The notes beneath the pieces are model-generated. The model was not told the origin of the DNA. It ran no database searches and saw nothing but the letters and a program-made list of their open reading frames with translations. This document shows, one piece after another, positions 9,731 to 20,494 of a DNA stretch of 64,000 nt. The stretch comes from an uncultured Methanoregulaceae archaeon (lineage in GTDB: Archaea > Halobacteriota > Methanomicrobia > Methanomicrobiales > Methanospirillaceae), in the NCBI GenBank assembly GCA_963701095.1, contig OY969564.1, forward strand, positions 1,440,001 to 1,504,000. Direction: 5' to 3'. The position numbers and the translations under genes are program-made. Positions within the stretch are counted from its first letter, which is position 1. Each line of letters begins with the position of its first letter.

Positions 9731-10851
9731 CATTTTTCTGTTGGGAATCTATGTATGCGGAGCGGGTCGGGGGCCTTGCCAATGCCGCTACTAACCTTGC
9801 CGAGACCCTTGCAAAAGACCATGAAGTCCACTTTTTCACCCGTGGGTGGGTGCAGGACCAGGTTATCAATGACGTTTCGTATCACTACTGCCGGCCACAG
9901 GGCAATAATACCGTACAGTACTGCGAAGACATGAGTAATCAGATGGTGGAGCAGTTCTGCCAGGCTGACCAGAAAAAAAGGTTCGATATTCTCCACTTCC
10001 ACGACTGGCACCCGATACAGGCACTGCACAGATTGAAGGATCGGGAAACTATCCTTACATTCCATTCCACGGAATTTGGCAGGAACGGAAACCAATACGG
10101 GGATTGGTGGGAGTACAGGGAGATCTCCGGGAAAGAATGGTACGGGGGTCTGATTGCAAAGAGAGTTACCGCGGTTTCGACTGTCATGAAAAACGAAGTG
10201 ATGAGATTGTATAATATCCCGGATTGGAAATGCGACGTAGTGCCAAATGGTATTGTACCCCGACAGTATCATGCAAATATTGATCCCGGCGAGGTTAAAC
10301 AAAGATACGGGATTCATCCCTATGCTCCCCTGATCCTCTTTATCGGTAGACTCGTGTATCAGAAAGGTCCCGATCTTTTTATCGATGCATTACGGACAGT
10401 ATGCCGAGATCGATGGGATGCGAAAGTAATAGTAGCCGGTGATGGGGGGATGAGACAGTTCCTCCAGGAACGCGCACGGGATCTCCCGGTCAATTTTGTC
10501 GGATATATCCCGGACTCTGAATACATTCGTCTCCTCAACGCGTGCGACCTTGTAGTTATACCCAGCAGAAACGAACCCTTCGGTCTTGTTCTTTTGGAAG
10601 CATGGAGTGCGGAGAAACCCGTTGTTGCCTGTGATGTCGGGGGGCTTTCTGAGAATATAGATGCGTTCGTAAACGGTATCAAGGTGCAAACAGACCCCGG
10701 ATCGCTTGCATGGGGAATTAATACTTTAATTGGTGACCCCACAAATGCAGAGGTACTTGGACGGAGAGGACGAGCAAAAGTGGACCGACAATTCCTATGG
10801 AGCCCGATAGCAAACCGGATGGAAGGTACCTACTCGCAGGTGTGCAGTTAA
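9712..10851 (+). CDS. glycosyltransferase family 4 (glycogen synthase-like)
   Basis: VGGLA, HFHDWH, GRLVYQKG, EPFGLVLLEAW; overlaps the GH57 stop. Confidence 0.9.
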   Translation: MESLSVAFFCWESMYAERVGGLANAATNLAETLAKDHEVHFFTRGWVQDQVINDVSYHYCRPQGNNTVQYCEDMSNQMVEQFCQADQKKRFDILHFHDWHPIQALHRLKDRETILTFHSTEFGRNGNQYGDWWEYREISGKEWYGGLIAKRVTAVSTVMKNEVMRLYNIPDWKCDVVPNGIVPRQYHANIDPGEVKQRYGIHPYAPLILFIGRLVYQKGPDLFIDALRTVCRDRWDAKVIVAGDGGMRQFLQERARDLPVNFVGYIPDSEYIRLLNACDLVVIPSRNEPFGLVLLEAWSAEKPVVACDVGGLSENIDAFVNGIKVQTDPGSLAWGINTLIGDPTNAEVLGRRGRAKVDRQFLWSPIANRMEGTYSQVCS

Positions 10852-10903
10852 TCTACGGCTGTGCGTAATTATGGTCTTGCTGAGTCACAACCAGGAAAAA
10901 AAC

Positions 10904-11347
10904 ATGCCCCTGCCATGGGATTTCCGCAGGGGAATCAGACAGTTATCCGACGATGTCTTATCCTTGGGGATCGATAATTACCTGGTATCTGAACAGTTTG
11001 CAGCGTTTTGCAGGAACCATGGGATCTATGAAATCTGGACCGGGATACGGGGGCTTTCCCGGGATAAACCGGAGTTATACGGCAGGGATGTTCTAGATAA
11101 TGCGTTTTTTTTGCTGTTACAGCACATTTACCGTGCAAGAAATGCTGAATTTTTAGGATTTCTTACTGATCTTCTGGCAGACTATTCCGGGGTCCCTCTA
11201 AATCCCTCATTTTTCCTCGCGATTCAGAATGATTTGATTATTCTTGGATATTCACGGAAAGATGCGGAAACCCACTTTTCATCATGGAGAAAAAGACGAG
11301 GAGATCTGAGGTCAGACACGGTCCAGGATGTTTCCCGGGTTTCTTAA
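10904..11347 (+). CDS. hypothetical protein
   Basis: ORF co-oriented after GT4; start 10871 or 10904; no family recognised. Confidence 0.6.
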   Translation: MPLPWDFRRGIRQLSDDVLSLGIDNYLVSEQFAAFCRNHGIYEIWTGIRGLSRDKPELYGRDVLDNAFFLLLQHIYRARNAEFLGFLTDLLADYSGVPLNPSFFLAIQNDLIILGYSRKDAETHFSSWRKRRGDLRSDTVQDVSRVS

Positions 11348-11367
11348 AAAAATCCCTTGTGTACTTA

Positions 11368-11418
11368 CTTTTCAAATTTTGTTTCAAAATCTGGTTTTTA
11401 AGAGAGATCCTTTTATAT
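11368..11418 (+). promoter_or_regulatory. direct-repeat site with TATA box upstream of grpE-dnaK-dnaJ
   Basis: CTTTTCAAA at 11368-11376, TGTTTCAAA at 11380-11388, TTTTATAT at 11411. Confidence 0.7.
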
Positions 11419-11720
11419 TTACTATTTAATTCACTCGCGGGTGAGATCAATTCCCATATTTGAAGCTTCAGGAGGAGGATACATCCCAAGAGAAACTATA
11501 GACAAAAACTGGGGTAATTTGTGTAAAGGGAAGGGAAGCGTACAGAAATTCCCTTTCACGGTAATGTCCCCGAGTGGGGTTTCCTGCCCGGGGGACAGAC
11601 TGTAGCCGGTGTAATTCCGAGAACTGCATATATTCCGATTTTGTCCGTCACTACTGGATCCACCCCCGGTTTGACTGAAAAGCCTGTAACTGGAATCTCA
11701 GGGGTAAAAGAGGTAATTTC

Positions 11721-12209
11721 ATGGATGAGATCGGGCAGCTGAAAACGGAACTCGAGGAAAAGACAAAACTATCCGAGGACCGACTGGAACGGTTGAGATA
11801 CCTCCAGGCAGAGTTTGATAATTATCGCAAATGGCAGGAAAAGGAGAAAGCAGCAATCATCGCACTTGCCAACGAGACCCTGATAAAAGATCTCCTCGTT
11901 GTTTTCGATGATCTCGAACGGGCGCTGCCGTCACTTACCCACGAAAAGAACAAAGCAGGCATCGAAATGATCTACAAGAATTTCAACAAAATCCTTTGTG
12001 CCTATGGCTTGCAACCGATACCCTGCCTTGGAAAAAAATTCGATCCGCAGTTCCATGAAGTCCTGTGCACCGAGAAGTGCGGGAAAGAACAGAACACCGT
12101 ACTTGAGGAGCTGGAAAAAGGGTATCAGCTGAAGTCCAAAGTGATCAGGCCATCGAAGGTAAAGATAGCAGAACATGTAATGGAAGAAACGGGTGAAAAC
12201 AATGGCTAA
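11721..12209 (+). CDS. grpE: nucleotide exchange factor GrpE
   Basis: [22 protein letters not shown]...VIRPSKV; GAGGT SD. Confidence 0.95.
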   Translation: MDEIGQLKTELEEKTKLSEDRLERLRYLQAEFDNYRKWQEKEKAAIIALANETLIKDLLVVFDDLERALPSLTHEKNKAGIEMIYKNFNKILCAYGLQPIPCLGKKFDPQFHEVLCTEKCGKEQNTVLEELEKGYQLKSKVIRPSKVKIAEHVMEETGENNG

Positions 12210-14082
12210 GGAAAAAATAATCGGAATCGACCTCGGAACGTCCAACAGCGAAGCGGCAGTAATCATCGGCGGAAAACCCACGATCATCCCGTCTGCAGAA
12301 GGTGCAACCGTAGCCGGAAAGATGTTTCCCTCGTATGTAGCGTTTACCGCAGACGGCCAGCTTCTCGTAGGCGAACCGGCACGGAGGCAGGCCGTGAGCA
12401 ACCCTGAAGGAACAATCTCGGCGGCAAAACGCAAAATTGGTACAAACCATGTGTACAAAATTTACGGGAAAGAGTATACACCCCAGCAGATCTCGGCATT
12501 CATCCTGCAGAAGATAAAAAGAGATGCAGAAGCGTTCCTCGGAGAGAAGGTAACAAAGGCAGTCATTACCGTGCCTGCGTACTTCAACGACAACCAGCGT
12601 ACTGCAACAAAGGACGCCGGCAAGATCGCAGGACTCGACGTTGTCCGGTTAGTCAACGAACCCACGGCAGCGTCGATGGCGTACGGGCTCGACAAAGGCG
12701 GCGAGTACAAGATCCTCGTCTTCGATCTCGGCGGCGGTACCCTTGATGTCACCATCATGGAGTTCGGCGGCGGCACGTTCACGGTCCTTTCAACGTCCGG
12801 GGACACCCAGCTGGGCGGAACCGATATGGACACTGCGATCTACGAATGGATTGCAGCCGAGTTCAAGAAACAGGAAGGCATTGATTTACGCAACGACAAG
12901 ATGGCGATCAACCGGGTAAAAGAAGCCGCCGAGAAAGCAAAAATTGAGCTCTCCACGGTACTGGAAACCGAGATCAACCTGCCGTATGTCTCGGCAACCC
13001 AGGCAGGTCCCAAACACCTGTCAATGAAACTGTCGAGGGCAAAACTCGAACAGCTCGTCGAACCGATCATCCAGCGGTGTTCCAAACCGTTCGACCAGGC
13101 ATTAAAAGACGCGAAACTCTCCAAAGACGATATCCAGAAAGTGATCCTCGTCGGCGGACCGACCCGGATGCCGATCGTCCAGAAATTTATTGAAAACCAC
13201 GTGGGCGACAAGATGGTCCGGGGGATCGACCCGATGGAATGTGTAGCCATGGGTGCAGCAATCCAGGGCGGTATCCTCGGCGGCGAGATCACGGATATGG
13301 TGCTCCTTGACGTTACGCCGCTTACGTTAGGCCTCGAAACACTCGGGGGTGTCAGGACCGCCCTGATCGACCGGAACACCACGATCCCGACCAAGAAAAG
13401 CCAGATATTCTCAACCGCTGCAGATATGCAACCGTCGGTGACGATCCATGTGCTCCAGGGAGAACGGGCGATGGCTGCCGATAACGTCAGCCTCGGCCAG
13501 TTCAATCTCGTCGGTATCCCGCCGGCGCCGCGGGGAATCCCCCAGATCGAGGTTACCTTCGATATCGATGCATCCGGTATCATCAACGTTTCGGCAAAAG
13601 ACCTGGGCACCGGAAAAGAGCAGAAGATGACTATCACAGCGTCGTCAAAACTCTCGGATGCTGACGTGAAAAAGATGGTATCCGATGCCAAGGAATTCGA
13701 GGAGCAGGACAAGACACGAAAAGAGGAGATCGAGTCGCGCAATATCGCCGATTCTCTTGTCTACACCGCAGAGAAAACAAAAACCGACCTTGCCGACAAA
13801 CTGGACGCAGCCATGGTTGACCGGCTGAATGCGGCGATCACCAGTGTCAAGGCCGCACTCGACGGGAAAGATGTTACGACGATCCGGTCAGAGACGGAAA
13901 AACTCCAGAAAGTCCTGGGAGAAGCCGGGACTGCCGCATACCAGCATGTAAGCCAGCAGGCACAGCAACAGGCAGGAGGATCCCAGGAAGCACCTCCGGG
14001 TGCAGGATCGGCCGGCACTGCCACCGGTCCCAACGGTGAGAACGTGGTCGACGCTGATTTCAAAGTCAAGGATGACAATTAA
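12202..14082 (+). CDS. dnaK: molecular chaperone DnaK (Hsp70)
   Basis: [43 protein letters not shown]-terminal VVDADF. Confidence 0.98.
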   Translation: MAKEKIIGIDLGTSNSEAAVIIGGKPTIIPSAEGATVAGKMFPSYVAFTADGQLLVGEPARRQAVSNPEGTISAAKRKIGTNHVYKIYGKEYTPQQISAFILQKIKRDAEAFLGEKVTKAVITVPAYFNDNQRTATKDAGKIAGLDVVRLVNEPTAASMAYGLDKGGEYKILVFDLGGGTLDVTIMEFGGGTFTVLSTSGDTQLGGTDMDTAIYEWIAAEFKKQEGIDLRNDKMAINRVKEAAEKAKIELSTVLETEINLPYVSATQAGPKHLSMKLSRAKLEQLVEPIIQRCSKPFDQALKDAKLSKDDIQKVILVGGPTRMPIVQKFIENHVGDKMVRGIDPMECVAMGAAIQGGILGGEITDMVLLDVTPLTLGLETLGGVRTALIDRNTTIPTKKSQIFSTAADMQPSVTIHVLQGERAMAADNVSLGQFNLVGIPPAPRGIPQIEVTFDIDASGIINVSAKDLGTGKEQKMTITASSKLSDADVKKMVSDAKEFEEQDKTRKEEIESRNIADSLVYTAEKTKTDLADKLDAAMVDRLNAAITSVKAALDGKDVTTIRSETEKLQKVLGEAGTAAYQHVSQQAQQQAGGSQEAPPGAGSAGTATGPNGENVVDADFKVKDDN

Positions 14083-14096
14083 TACAAATTTTTCAC

Positions 14097-15170
14097 ATGA
14101 ACATGGCGAAACCGGATTATTATGAGGTACTTGGCGTAAAACGGGATGCTACAGCGGACGATCTCAAGAAAGCGTTCCGGCACCTTGCACGGAAATACCA
14201 TCCTGACCTCAACAAAGGCAGTAAGGACGCAGAAGAAAAGTTCAAGGAAATCAATGAAGCGTACCAGGTCCTCGGAGACCCCCAGAAAAAAAACCAGTAC
14301 GACCAGGTAGGCCATGTGGATTTCAAACCCGGGGATGCGGCCGGTTACCAACCTCCCAGTTATGACGACCTGTTCCGGGACTTCGGGCTTGGCGATATAT
14401 TCGATGCGTACTCGATGGGGTCCCGGGGATCCAGAAGGCGGGCCGGCGCGGATCTCCGGTATGATCTTGATATTTCCCTTACCGATGCATTCTACGGGTC
14501 CAAAAATACGGTTGCCGTCCCGCACCAGTCAGAATGCGGCACCTGTCACGGGACCGGCGCACAGCCGGGGTATCTCAAACAATGCCCGACCTGTCACGGA
14601 ACGGGCGAGATCAGGACGCCCCAGAAAATCCGTAACCGCCAGGTAATAAGTCTCTCGACCTGCCCGGAATGCGGGGGGAGTGGCAGGATTATCGAACAAC
14701 CCTGCCAGACCTGTCACGGCACCGGCGTCCTGCAGAAAACCCGGAAGATTGAGGTTACGATCCCCCGCGGTGTTGAAGACGGACAGCTCCTCAGAATTGC
14801 GGGCGAAGGTGAACCCGGGGAAAACCAGGGGCCGCCGGGTGACCTCTACGCGGTCGTTCACGTGAAAAATGATGCGGTATTCGAACGACAGGGCGCGGAT
14901 CTCCGCACAACCGCGGTTGTCGGGTTACCGGTCGCACTCCTGGGAGGAGAGATCAACGTGCCTACCATAACCGGAAGTGCCCTCCTGAAAATCCCCCGGG
15001 GGACACAAAGCAATACCCTGTTCCGGCTCCGCCTGCTGGGTATGCCGCTCCGCAATTCCGACAACCGGGGCGATCTCCTGGTAAAGGTCATAGTCCAGAT
15101 TCCTACAAACCTCACAAAAAAACAGGAGGATCTGATGAGAGAGGCGTTCGCGGGTGGGTCGGCCATATAA
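14097..15170 (+). CDS. dnaJ: molecular chaperone DnaJ
   Basis: J-domain HPD; four CxxCxGxG repeats; C-terminal GDLY/GDLL. Confidence 0.96.
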   Translation: MNMAKPDYYEVLGVKRDATADDLKKAFRHLARKYHPDLNKGSKDAEEKFKEINEAYQVLGDPQKKNQYDQVGHVDFKPGDAAGYQPPSYDDLFRDFGLGDIFDAYSMGSRGSRRRAGADLRYDLDISLTDAFYGSKNTVAVPHQSECGTCHGTGAQPGYLKQCPTCHGTGEIRTPQKIRNRQVISLSTCPECGGSGRIIEQPCQTCHGTGVLQKTRKIEVTIPRGVEDGQLLRIAGEGEPGENQGPPGDLYAVVHVKNDAVFERQGADLRTTAVVGLPVALLGGEINVPTITGSALLKIPRGTQSNTLFRLRLLGMPLRNSDNRGDLLVKVIVQIPTNLTKKQEDLMREAFAGGSAI

Positions 15171-15251
15171 ATGGAGCCATGGATGCCACGTGAAGCACAG
15201 TTGCCACCGGGTTATCCGGATGGGCATGAAATCAACGATAAAGGAGGAAAA

Positions 15252-15446
15252 ATGCAGCAGATTGAAAGCAGTAAAAAATACCAGAACGGTATTCAGGTAT
15301 TTTGGCCAAGTCCAGAAAATGACGGCAAGGATTTTTTCACATTTGACGAACTCATTGAACAGAGAATCAATGCACTCGATCTTCTTAACAATCCGGAAAT
15401 CTACCTGATTGATCCGGATCTACATACGATTAAATCATCGGCCTAA
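15252..15446 (+). CDS. small hypothetical protein (64 aa)
   Basis: ATG at 15252 after AGGAGG SD, within ORF 15171-15446. Confidence 0.6.
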   Translation: MQQIESSKKYQNGIQVFWPSPENDGKDFFTFDELIEQRINALDLLNNPEIYLIDPDLHTIKSSA

Positions 15447-15514
15447 AATTTCAGAGGATACATGAACCATGAACCAAGAAAAAATTCCTTTTGGAGATAT
15501 GAAACAGTACCCTG

Positions 15515-15757
15515 ATGAACAAGTACCGGAAAAACCTGATTGATAAACTCACCCGGCAGGATCTCGATGAGTTCCAGTTTTACATTCATAACCAGTACAA
15601 CCCAGGACGCGGCTGGAATCGCGATTTCCGGTTAAAATTCGAACAAAAACTAAGACATTATTTTCATGAAGAGATTATTCGTCGTGAGATCTCCGGAATT
15701 GAGGCTATTCTGAATATGCTAAAGCCCGAAGATTTAAATAATGAATCCAATCGCTGA
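15515..15757 (+). CDS. small hypothetical protein
   Basis: 80-aa ORF in the dnaJ-distal run; start uncertain (possible upstream indel near 15522). Confidence 0.55.
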   Translation: MNKYRKNLIDKLTRQDLDEFQFYIHNQYNPGRGWNRDFRLKFEQKLRHYFHEEIIRREISGIEAILNMLKPEDLNNESNR

Positions 15758-15801
15758 TATCACTAAGTTACCCTTCTTTTTTTGGATTAACCGGGCCTTC
15801 T

Positions 15802-15852
15802 TCTTACAATAAATGTTTCAAAAATTGAGTTCTCCAATTAATTTGATAAAAT
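15802..15852 (+). promoter_or_regulatory. direct-repeat site upstream of hsp20
   Basis: Degenerate TCTTACAAT at 15802-15810, TGTTTCAAA at 15814-15822, AT-rich TTGATAAA at ~15843. Confidence 0.55.
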
Positions 15853-15959
15853 ATCACAAAATAATATCCCACGCGGTGAAGAGCTGAGTCTCCCGGTAAC
15901 TTGTCAGGAAGACCTTGGTCCTTTACCGTTGAACTCTCGTAAAAGCGGGGGTGAACACA

Positions 15960-16439
15960 GTGGTCCGATGGTATTACCGATCAGTATTTGATGAGATTGA
16001 AGACATGCGGAAGTACATGGAGTCTTTATCTCGGCAGCTGCACGAGACCAACCCGATGGCATTGTTACCTGCAACCGGGGAGGCGAGAACAAAAATGCTT
16101 CCTGAACAGCCTACTGACTTGCTTGTCGATGTGACTGAGAAAGATGACGAGGTCATTGTGACCGCAGATATGATTCCCGGTGTGGCGAAAAAGGATATTT
16201 CGCTTAATCTTATCACACCCCACTCTCTTAAGATTTCCTGTGAACGCAAGGAGGAAAAGAAGGAGGAGAGGGAAGGGTACTATCTGCGAGAACGCAGTTT
16301 TGGATCGATGACGAGGATAGTTCCCCTCCCAAAACCGGTGACAGAAAATACGGCTTCTGCAACGTTCAAGAATGGCGTTTTGGAGGTACATCTCAAGAAA
16401 GTCGAAAAAGATTCCGGGGGGAAAATTTCCATTGAATAG
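15960..16439 (+). CDS. Hsp20/alpha-crystallin small heat-shock protein
   Basis: VDVTE...IPGV.K.DI...LRERSFGSM.R...LP...ATFKNGVLEV; GTG start after GGGGGTGA. Confidence 0.93.
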   Translation: MVRWYYRSVFDEIEDMRKYMESLSRQLHETNPMALLPATGEARTKMLPEQPTDLLVDVTEKDDEVIVTADMIPGVAKKDISLNLITPHSLKISCERKEEKKEEREGYYLRERSFGSMTRIVPLPKPVTENTASATFKNGVLEVHLKKVEKDSGGKISIE

Positions 16440-16458
16440 ACAAGAGGAGGGAGAGATA

Positions 16459-16770
16459 ATGGACAAATTCGATGAAGCGATGAAATCATTCGCAGGGATG
16501 TCACCTGTTCAGATGACTGAGGCTATGGGAAAATTTAAAAAAATGTGTACCTGCCCCTCATGCCCGACATACACGCTATGCGCAAAAAATGCACAGGAAC
16601 TTCTTTTCTGTGCGATAGGTAGGAGTTTTGTCTGTATTTCCCAGGAAAAGAACTGTATCTGCCCAACCTGCCCGATAACAGACCAGATTGGGCTCAAAAA
16701 CCGGTTCTATTGTACGAAGGGGTCCGAGATGACACAACGTTATGCAGGAGGCCTCTTTGGAAAAAAGTGA
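16459..16770 (+). CDS. Cys-rich DUF2769-like protein
   Basis: CTCPSCPTY...LFCAIGRS..C...CICPTCP...FYCTKG; GAGGAGG SD. Confidence 0.8.
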   Translation: MDKFDEAMKSFAGMSPVQMTEAMGKFKKMCTCPSCPTYTLCAKNAQELLFCAIGRSFVCISQEKNCICPTCPITDQIGLKNRFYCTKGSEMTQRYAGGLFGKK

Positions 16771-16858
16771 GTTATAATAAAGCCACGAAATGTAATTATT
16801 TGCTCAGGAAAAATAGTATTTTTTTTAATCGAATTCTTAACAAATATATACAGGATAT

Positions 16859-17944
16859 CTAGGTTTTCATTGATGGGTAATCTGTGTACCCCTTTTCTTC
16901 CCCGGTATAATACGTTGCGAGATCTTCTTTGTTTAGTGGTGCATTTTTCCTGAATCTCTCAGGGAGATCCGGGTTGGCGAGGAAAAGGACACCGAACGCA
17001 ATCAGGTCTGCTAAACCACTCTCTATTGCTTCGTTAGCGATCTGGGCATCGTATCCGCCGTTTAAAATAAGGGTTCCTTCGAATTTTTTTCGGATGAGCG
17101 GTGCCATCTGCATCTCCGGGGATATTACTCCAAGTCTTCCACCTATCGGTTCCACGAGATGGATATAGCCAATTCTCATCCTTCCCAGTTCCTGTGCAAG
17201 ATAAGCAAATGTCTCCCGGGGGTTCGAATCAGACATGGCATGATTTGAAAAATGAGGCGAGATCCGGTAACCAACTTTTTTCGGGCCCCAAACCCGGGCT
17301 ACTTCTTCTGCAACAGCAAGAGGAAAACGTGCGCGGTTTTTTACGGGTCCACCATATTTGTCAGTCCTTTGATTCGAACCATCTCTTATGAATTGATCAA
17401 GCAGGTAACCATTTGCACCGTGTATTTCAACACCATCAAAACCGGCGTCCTTTGCATTTTTCGCGCCATTACGGAACTGCCGCACAATCGTTAGAATTTC
17501 TTTTTGTTCAAGCGCCCGGGGAACCGGTATTTTTTTCTTTCCGGACGGAGTGTGAATCTCCTCATTAACCGGAATGGCTGAAGGTGCTACCGGAAGCTCT
17601 CCCCCCAGATAATCAGGATGAGACATACGCCCTACATGCCAGAGCTGGAGAAAGATCTTCCCCCCTGTGCGATGAACGGCATGTGTTACATTTTTCCAAC
17701 CTGAAACCTGTTCTTTTGAATAAATGCCGGGGGTCCGGTAAAAACCTACGCCCTGCGGACTTACCTGCGAACCTTCTGATATAATAAGGCCTGCAGAGGA
17801 TCTTTGTTCATAATACCTGGCTGCCAAAGGGCCAGGCACACTGTTTTCACCCGCACGACACCGGGTCATGGGTGCCATGACCATCCGGTTCGAGAACGTG
17901 AGATCATCCAACTTATAGGGTGACAGAAGGCTCTCTGGTTCCAT
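16859..17944 (-). CDS. old yellow enzyme / alkene reductase (NemA-like)
   Basis: NRMVMAPMTRCRA, QLWHVGR, EIHGANGYLLDQF, GYTDYP. Confidence 0.93.
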   Translation of the reverse strand: MEPESLLSPYKLDDLTFSNRMVMAPMTRCRAGENSVPGPLAARYYEQRSSAGLIISEGSQVSPQGVGFYRTPGIYSKEQVSGWKNVTHAVHRTGGKIFLQLWHVGRMSHPDYLGGELPVAPSAIPVNEEIHTPSGKKKIPVPRALEQKEILTIVRQFRNGAKNAKDAGFDGVEIHGANGYLLDQFIRDGSNQRTDKYGGPVKNRARFPLAVAEEVARVWGPKKVGYRISPHFSNHAMSDSNPRETFAYLAQELGRMRIGYIHLVEPIGGRLGVISPEMQMAPLIRKKFEGTLILNGGYDAQIANEAIESGLADLIAFGVLFLANPDLPERFRKNAPLNKEDLATYYTGEEKGYTDYPSMKT

Positions 17945-17963
17945 TCAATACCACCAATTTCCG

Positions 17964-18849
17964 TTAATAGCCCCCGTAAGATACTATGGATTGAGTTGGG
18001 ACAGGAGTTATTGGTGTAGGAGTCGGGGAAGGAACTGTCGGAACCGTGCCAGTGATATTTGCCACGTACCAGAGATTGTTGAACCCTTCACCATTTGTAT
18101 CGCCGGGTTTTACATCGTTAGAGTAGTAATACAACGGTCTCCCCATGAAGGTGGTCTGTTTTGTTCCGTCTGTTCTTGTAATAGTACCTGAAATCAGCCG
18201 GATTAAGAGCCGAGGGAGCGCTGATTACGCCAGGATCGAATGGAGGCCATTTATCCGTGCATGCCCCTGTACAGGAGCTTGCGCCCGGGGTATCTTTTGC
18301 AAAATAATACAAGGTATTACCCATCTTGTCAACGAGGAAAAATCCAAGCGAGCTGCGCTCTGCTATCATCACAGTTTCATCCGGTTTGACAACAAACCAG
18401 TTGTGGGTCACGTTCTCACCGTAGACATCCCCGGGGTTACTATCGGCCTGGAAATAATAAAGCGGCCAACCCCGGTAGGTTGTCTGTTTCGTACCGTCAG
18501 TACGAACGAATGACGAAAAGTCAGATGCCACAAGCGGAGGGGAAACTGCGATTGTGTCAGTTGAAAAGACCGGCCAGATAGCGGCACACGAACCACTGCA
18601 CACACTTGTGCCGCTTGAAGGTATATCAAGGGCGAAATAATACAAGGATTTTCCCTGTGAATCTACAAGGATATTTCCGAGCGAAGTCGAAGCAACTTTG
18701 ATCGTATCAGAAGACATTGTTGCCATTGCTGTTGTCTGCTGTGCCGTCGGCTGTACTGCCGTAGGGGAGATCTGGTTTTGAGTACACCCAGAAACAAGGA
18801 GTGCTAATACCAATACCACAAGGACTGTAATCCCAAACCATTTTTTCAT
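17964..18849 (-). CDS. secreted lipoprotein with repeated Yx(F/W/Y)xxD motifs (Lipoprotein_15-like); one frameshift at ~18185
   Basis: Lipobox LVSGC; repeats SLYYFALD..G.S.C.G.C...WP and TY.GWPLYYF..D..PGD..GE; last repeat continues in ORF 17964-18146. Confidence 0.85.
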
Positions 18850-18979
18850 ACAACCACACCACTGCAGTGGCTTTCTTCATTCAAACATCAGATAATTGTT
18901 CTGGCAATTTCCAAATTATAGAACACTATTTGAGAGACATATGGATTGCCGGTCACTCCGATCTCTTCCCGGGGCAGAT

Positions 18980-20371
18980 TTAACAACCGTGACAATTACC
19001 TCTGAGTTCCCGGAGACCACGGGCACATACAGCGATCGCCTCTGTTGCAGTAGGGAAAATATGCGGAGTTACTGAAAGATCATCAGCTGTCAGGTACCTT
19101 ATCACAGCAATAACGCCTTCCTGGATCATCTCCGTGGCCAGAGGAGCGCAGATATGAACCCCCAGGATTCGCCCGTTTGCCTGGTCAGCGACCATCTTTA
19201 CCATGCCTCGCGTATCTCCATCAATGGAAAATTTCGCCATGGATTCTGTCCTGATACTGTATGATACCGGGTGCAGACCGGCTTTACGAGCTTTTTCCTC
19301 GGTCATTCCCACACTCGCAACCTGCGGCGTAGTAAAGATCCCGTGGGGGAGAAGTGCGCTGTTATAGGATCGTTTCAGTTCCCGCAAAGCATTTGTTGCA
19401 GCGATCTCGCCACCGTACTTTGCTGCGGTTTCAAGCATTGGTTCGCCGGTCACGTCTCCCGCTGCCCAGATATGCGGAGCTGATGTTTTCAGGGTCGTAT
19501 CAACAATAATGGCCCCGTCTTTTCTCGTTTCTATCCCCGCAGCAGCAAGGTTAAGTTGGCCGGTATTCGGCAAACGGCCGGTTGCCATGAGAAGACGATC
19601 GGACAGAATAGTCTTCTTTTCATTCCCGATATTGACATGGACAGCGACAGATTCTCCCAAACGTTCAACGCTTTTGATTTCTACACCAGTAAAAATAGTA
19701 ATTCCCTCTTGGATGAGATATCCGGTCATCAAATCGGAAATTTCCGGATCTTCCTCAGGAATAATCCGGGAGCTTCTCTGAAGGAGGGTAACCCGGGTTC
19801 CCAGATGGGCGAACATCTGGGCGAATTCAAGACCAAGTGCCCTTCCCCCAATGATAGTAAGCGAGGAAGGTATTTGTTCCAATCTTGTGGCATCCAGACT
19901 TGTCATGAACCGAACTGATCCGATACCTTCAATGGCAGGTATTGCCGGAGAAGAGCCGGTTGCAATAACAAATCTTTTCGCGGTGACTTTTTTGTCACCA
20001 ACCTGCAGAAGGTTTGGAGAAAGAAACTTTGCTTCGCCTTCAATAAGCTCCACGCCAAGGCGGGTGAAAAGATTATCATGCTTTTTTTTCTTCAGGCTTT
20101 CCTGAAGCGAATTTTTCTCAATAAGTGCCTGATTAAGATCAAACCTGATTTCTGCCTGGACGCCGGGGTGACCATGTCCCGGGTAGAATTTGTAACTGGA
20201 AAGAGACAGGAGAAATTTGCTGGGGATACAGCCGGTATTGACACAGGTTCCCCATAGCGTGCCACGTTCTATAATAGCGACGCGAGACGCACCGAGATGT
20301 ACCGCTGTTGTAGCCGCTGCTACACCGGCAGCACCGGTTCCGATAATTACCACATCATACTCAGCGGCCAT
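18980..20371 (-). CDS. class I pyridine nucleotide-disulfide oxidoreductase, mercuric reductase-like, ending in CHGC
   Basis: GTGAAG, GTCVNTGCIPSK, IATGS, IIGGRALGLE, AAGDVTG, FTTPQVASVG, HIFPT. Confidence 0.85.
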   Translation of the reverse strand: MAAEYDVVIIGTGAAGVAAATTAVHLGASRVAIIERGTLWGTCVNTGCIPSKFLLSLSSYKFYPGHGHPGVQAEIRFDLNQALIEKNSLQESLKKKKHDNLFTRLGVELIEGEAKFLSPNLLQVGDKKVTAKRFVIATGSSPAIPAIEGIGSVRFMTSLDATRLEQIPSSLTIIGGRALGLEFAQMFAHLGTRVTLLQRSSRIIPEEDPEISDLMTGYLIQEGITIFTGVEIKSVERLGESVAVHVNIGNEKKTILSDRLLMATGRLPNTGQLNLAAAGIETRKDGAIIVDTTLKTSAPHIWAAGDVTGEPMLETAAKYGGEIAATNALRELKRSYNSALLPHGIFTTPQVASVGMTEEKARKAGLHPVSYSIRTESMAKFSIDGDTRGMVKMVADQANGRILGVHICAPLATEMIQEGVIAVIRYLTADDLSVTPHIFPTATEAIAVCARGLRELRGNCHGC

Positions 20372-20494
20372 ATATAAGCCCCTCTCTTTTTAGATGGGAT
20401 TCCAGCGTTGATACCGGTGCGGAACGCTATCTAAAAAATTTTTTTCTTTTCATTATCCAGACATATCGCAAATGGGCATGTTTCACGGAGGTTT

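Noticed and set aside
12462..14078. Long antisense ORFs opposite dnaK (also opposite argS, glmM and the MFS gene)
   Set aside because: Expected shadow frames of biased-codon genes; no independent starts or motifs.
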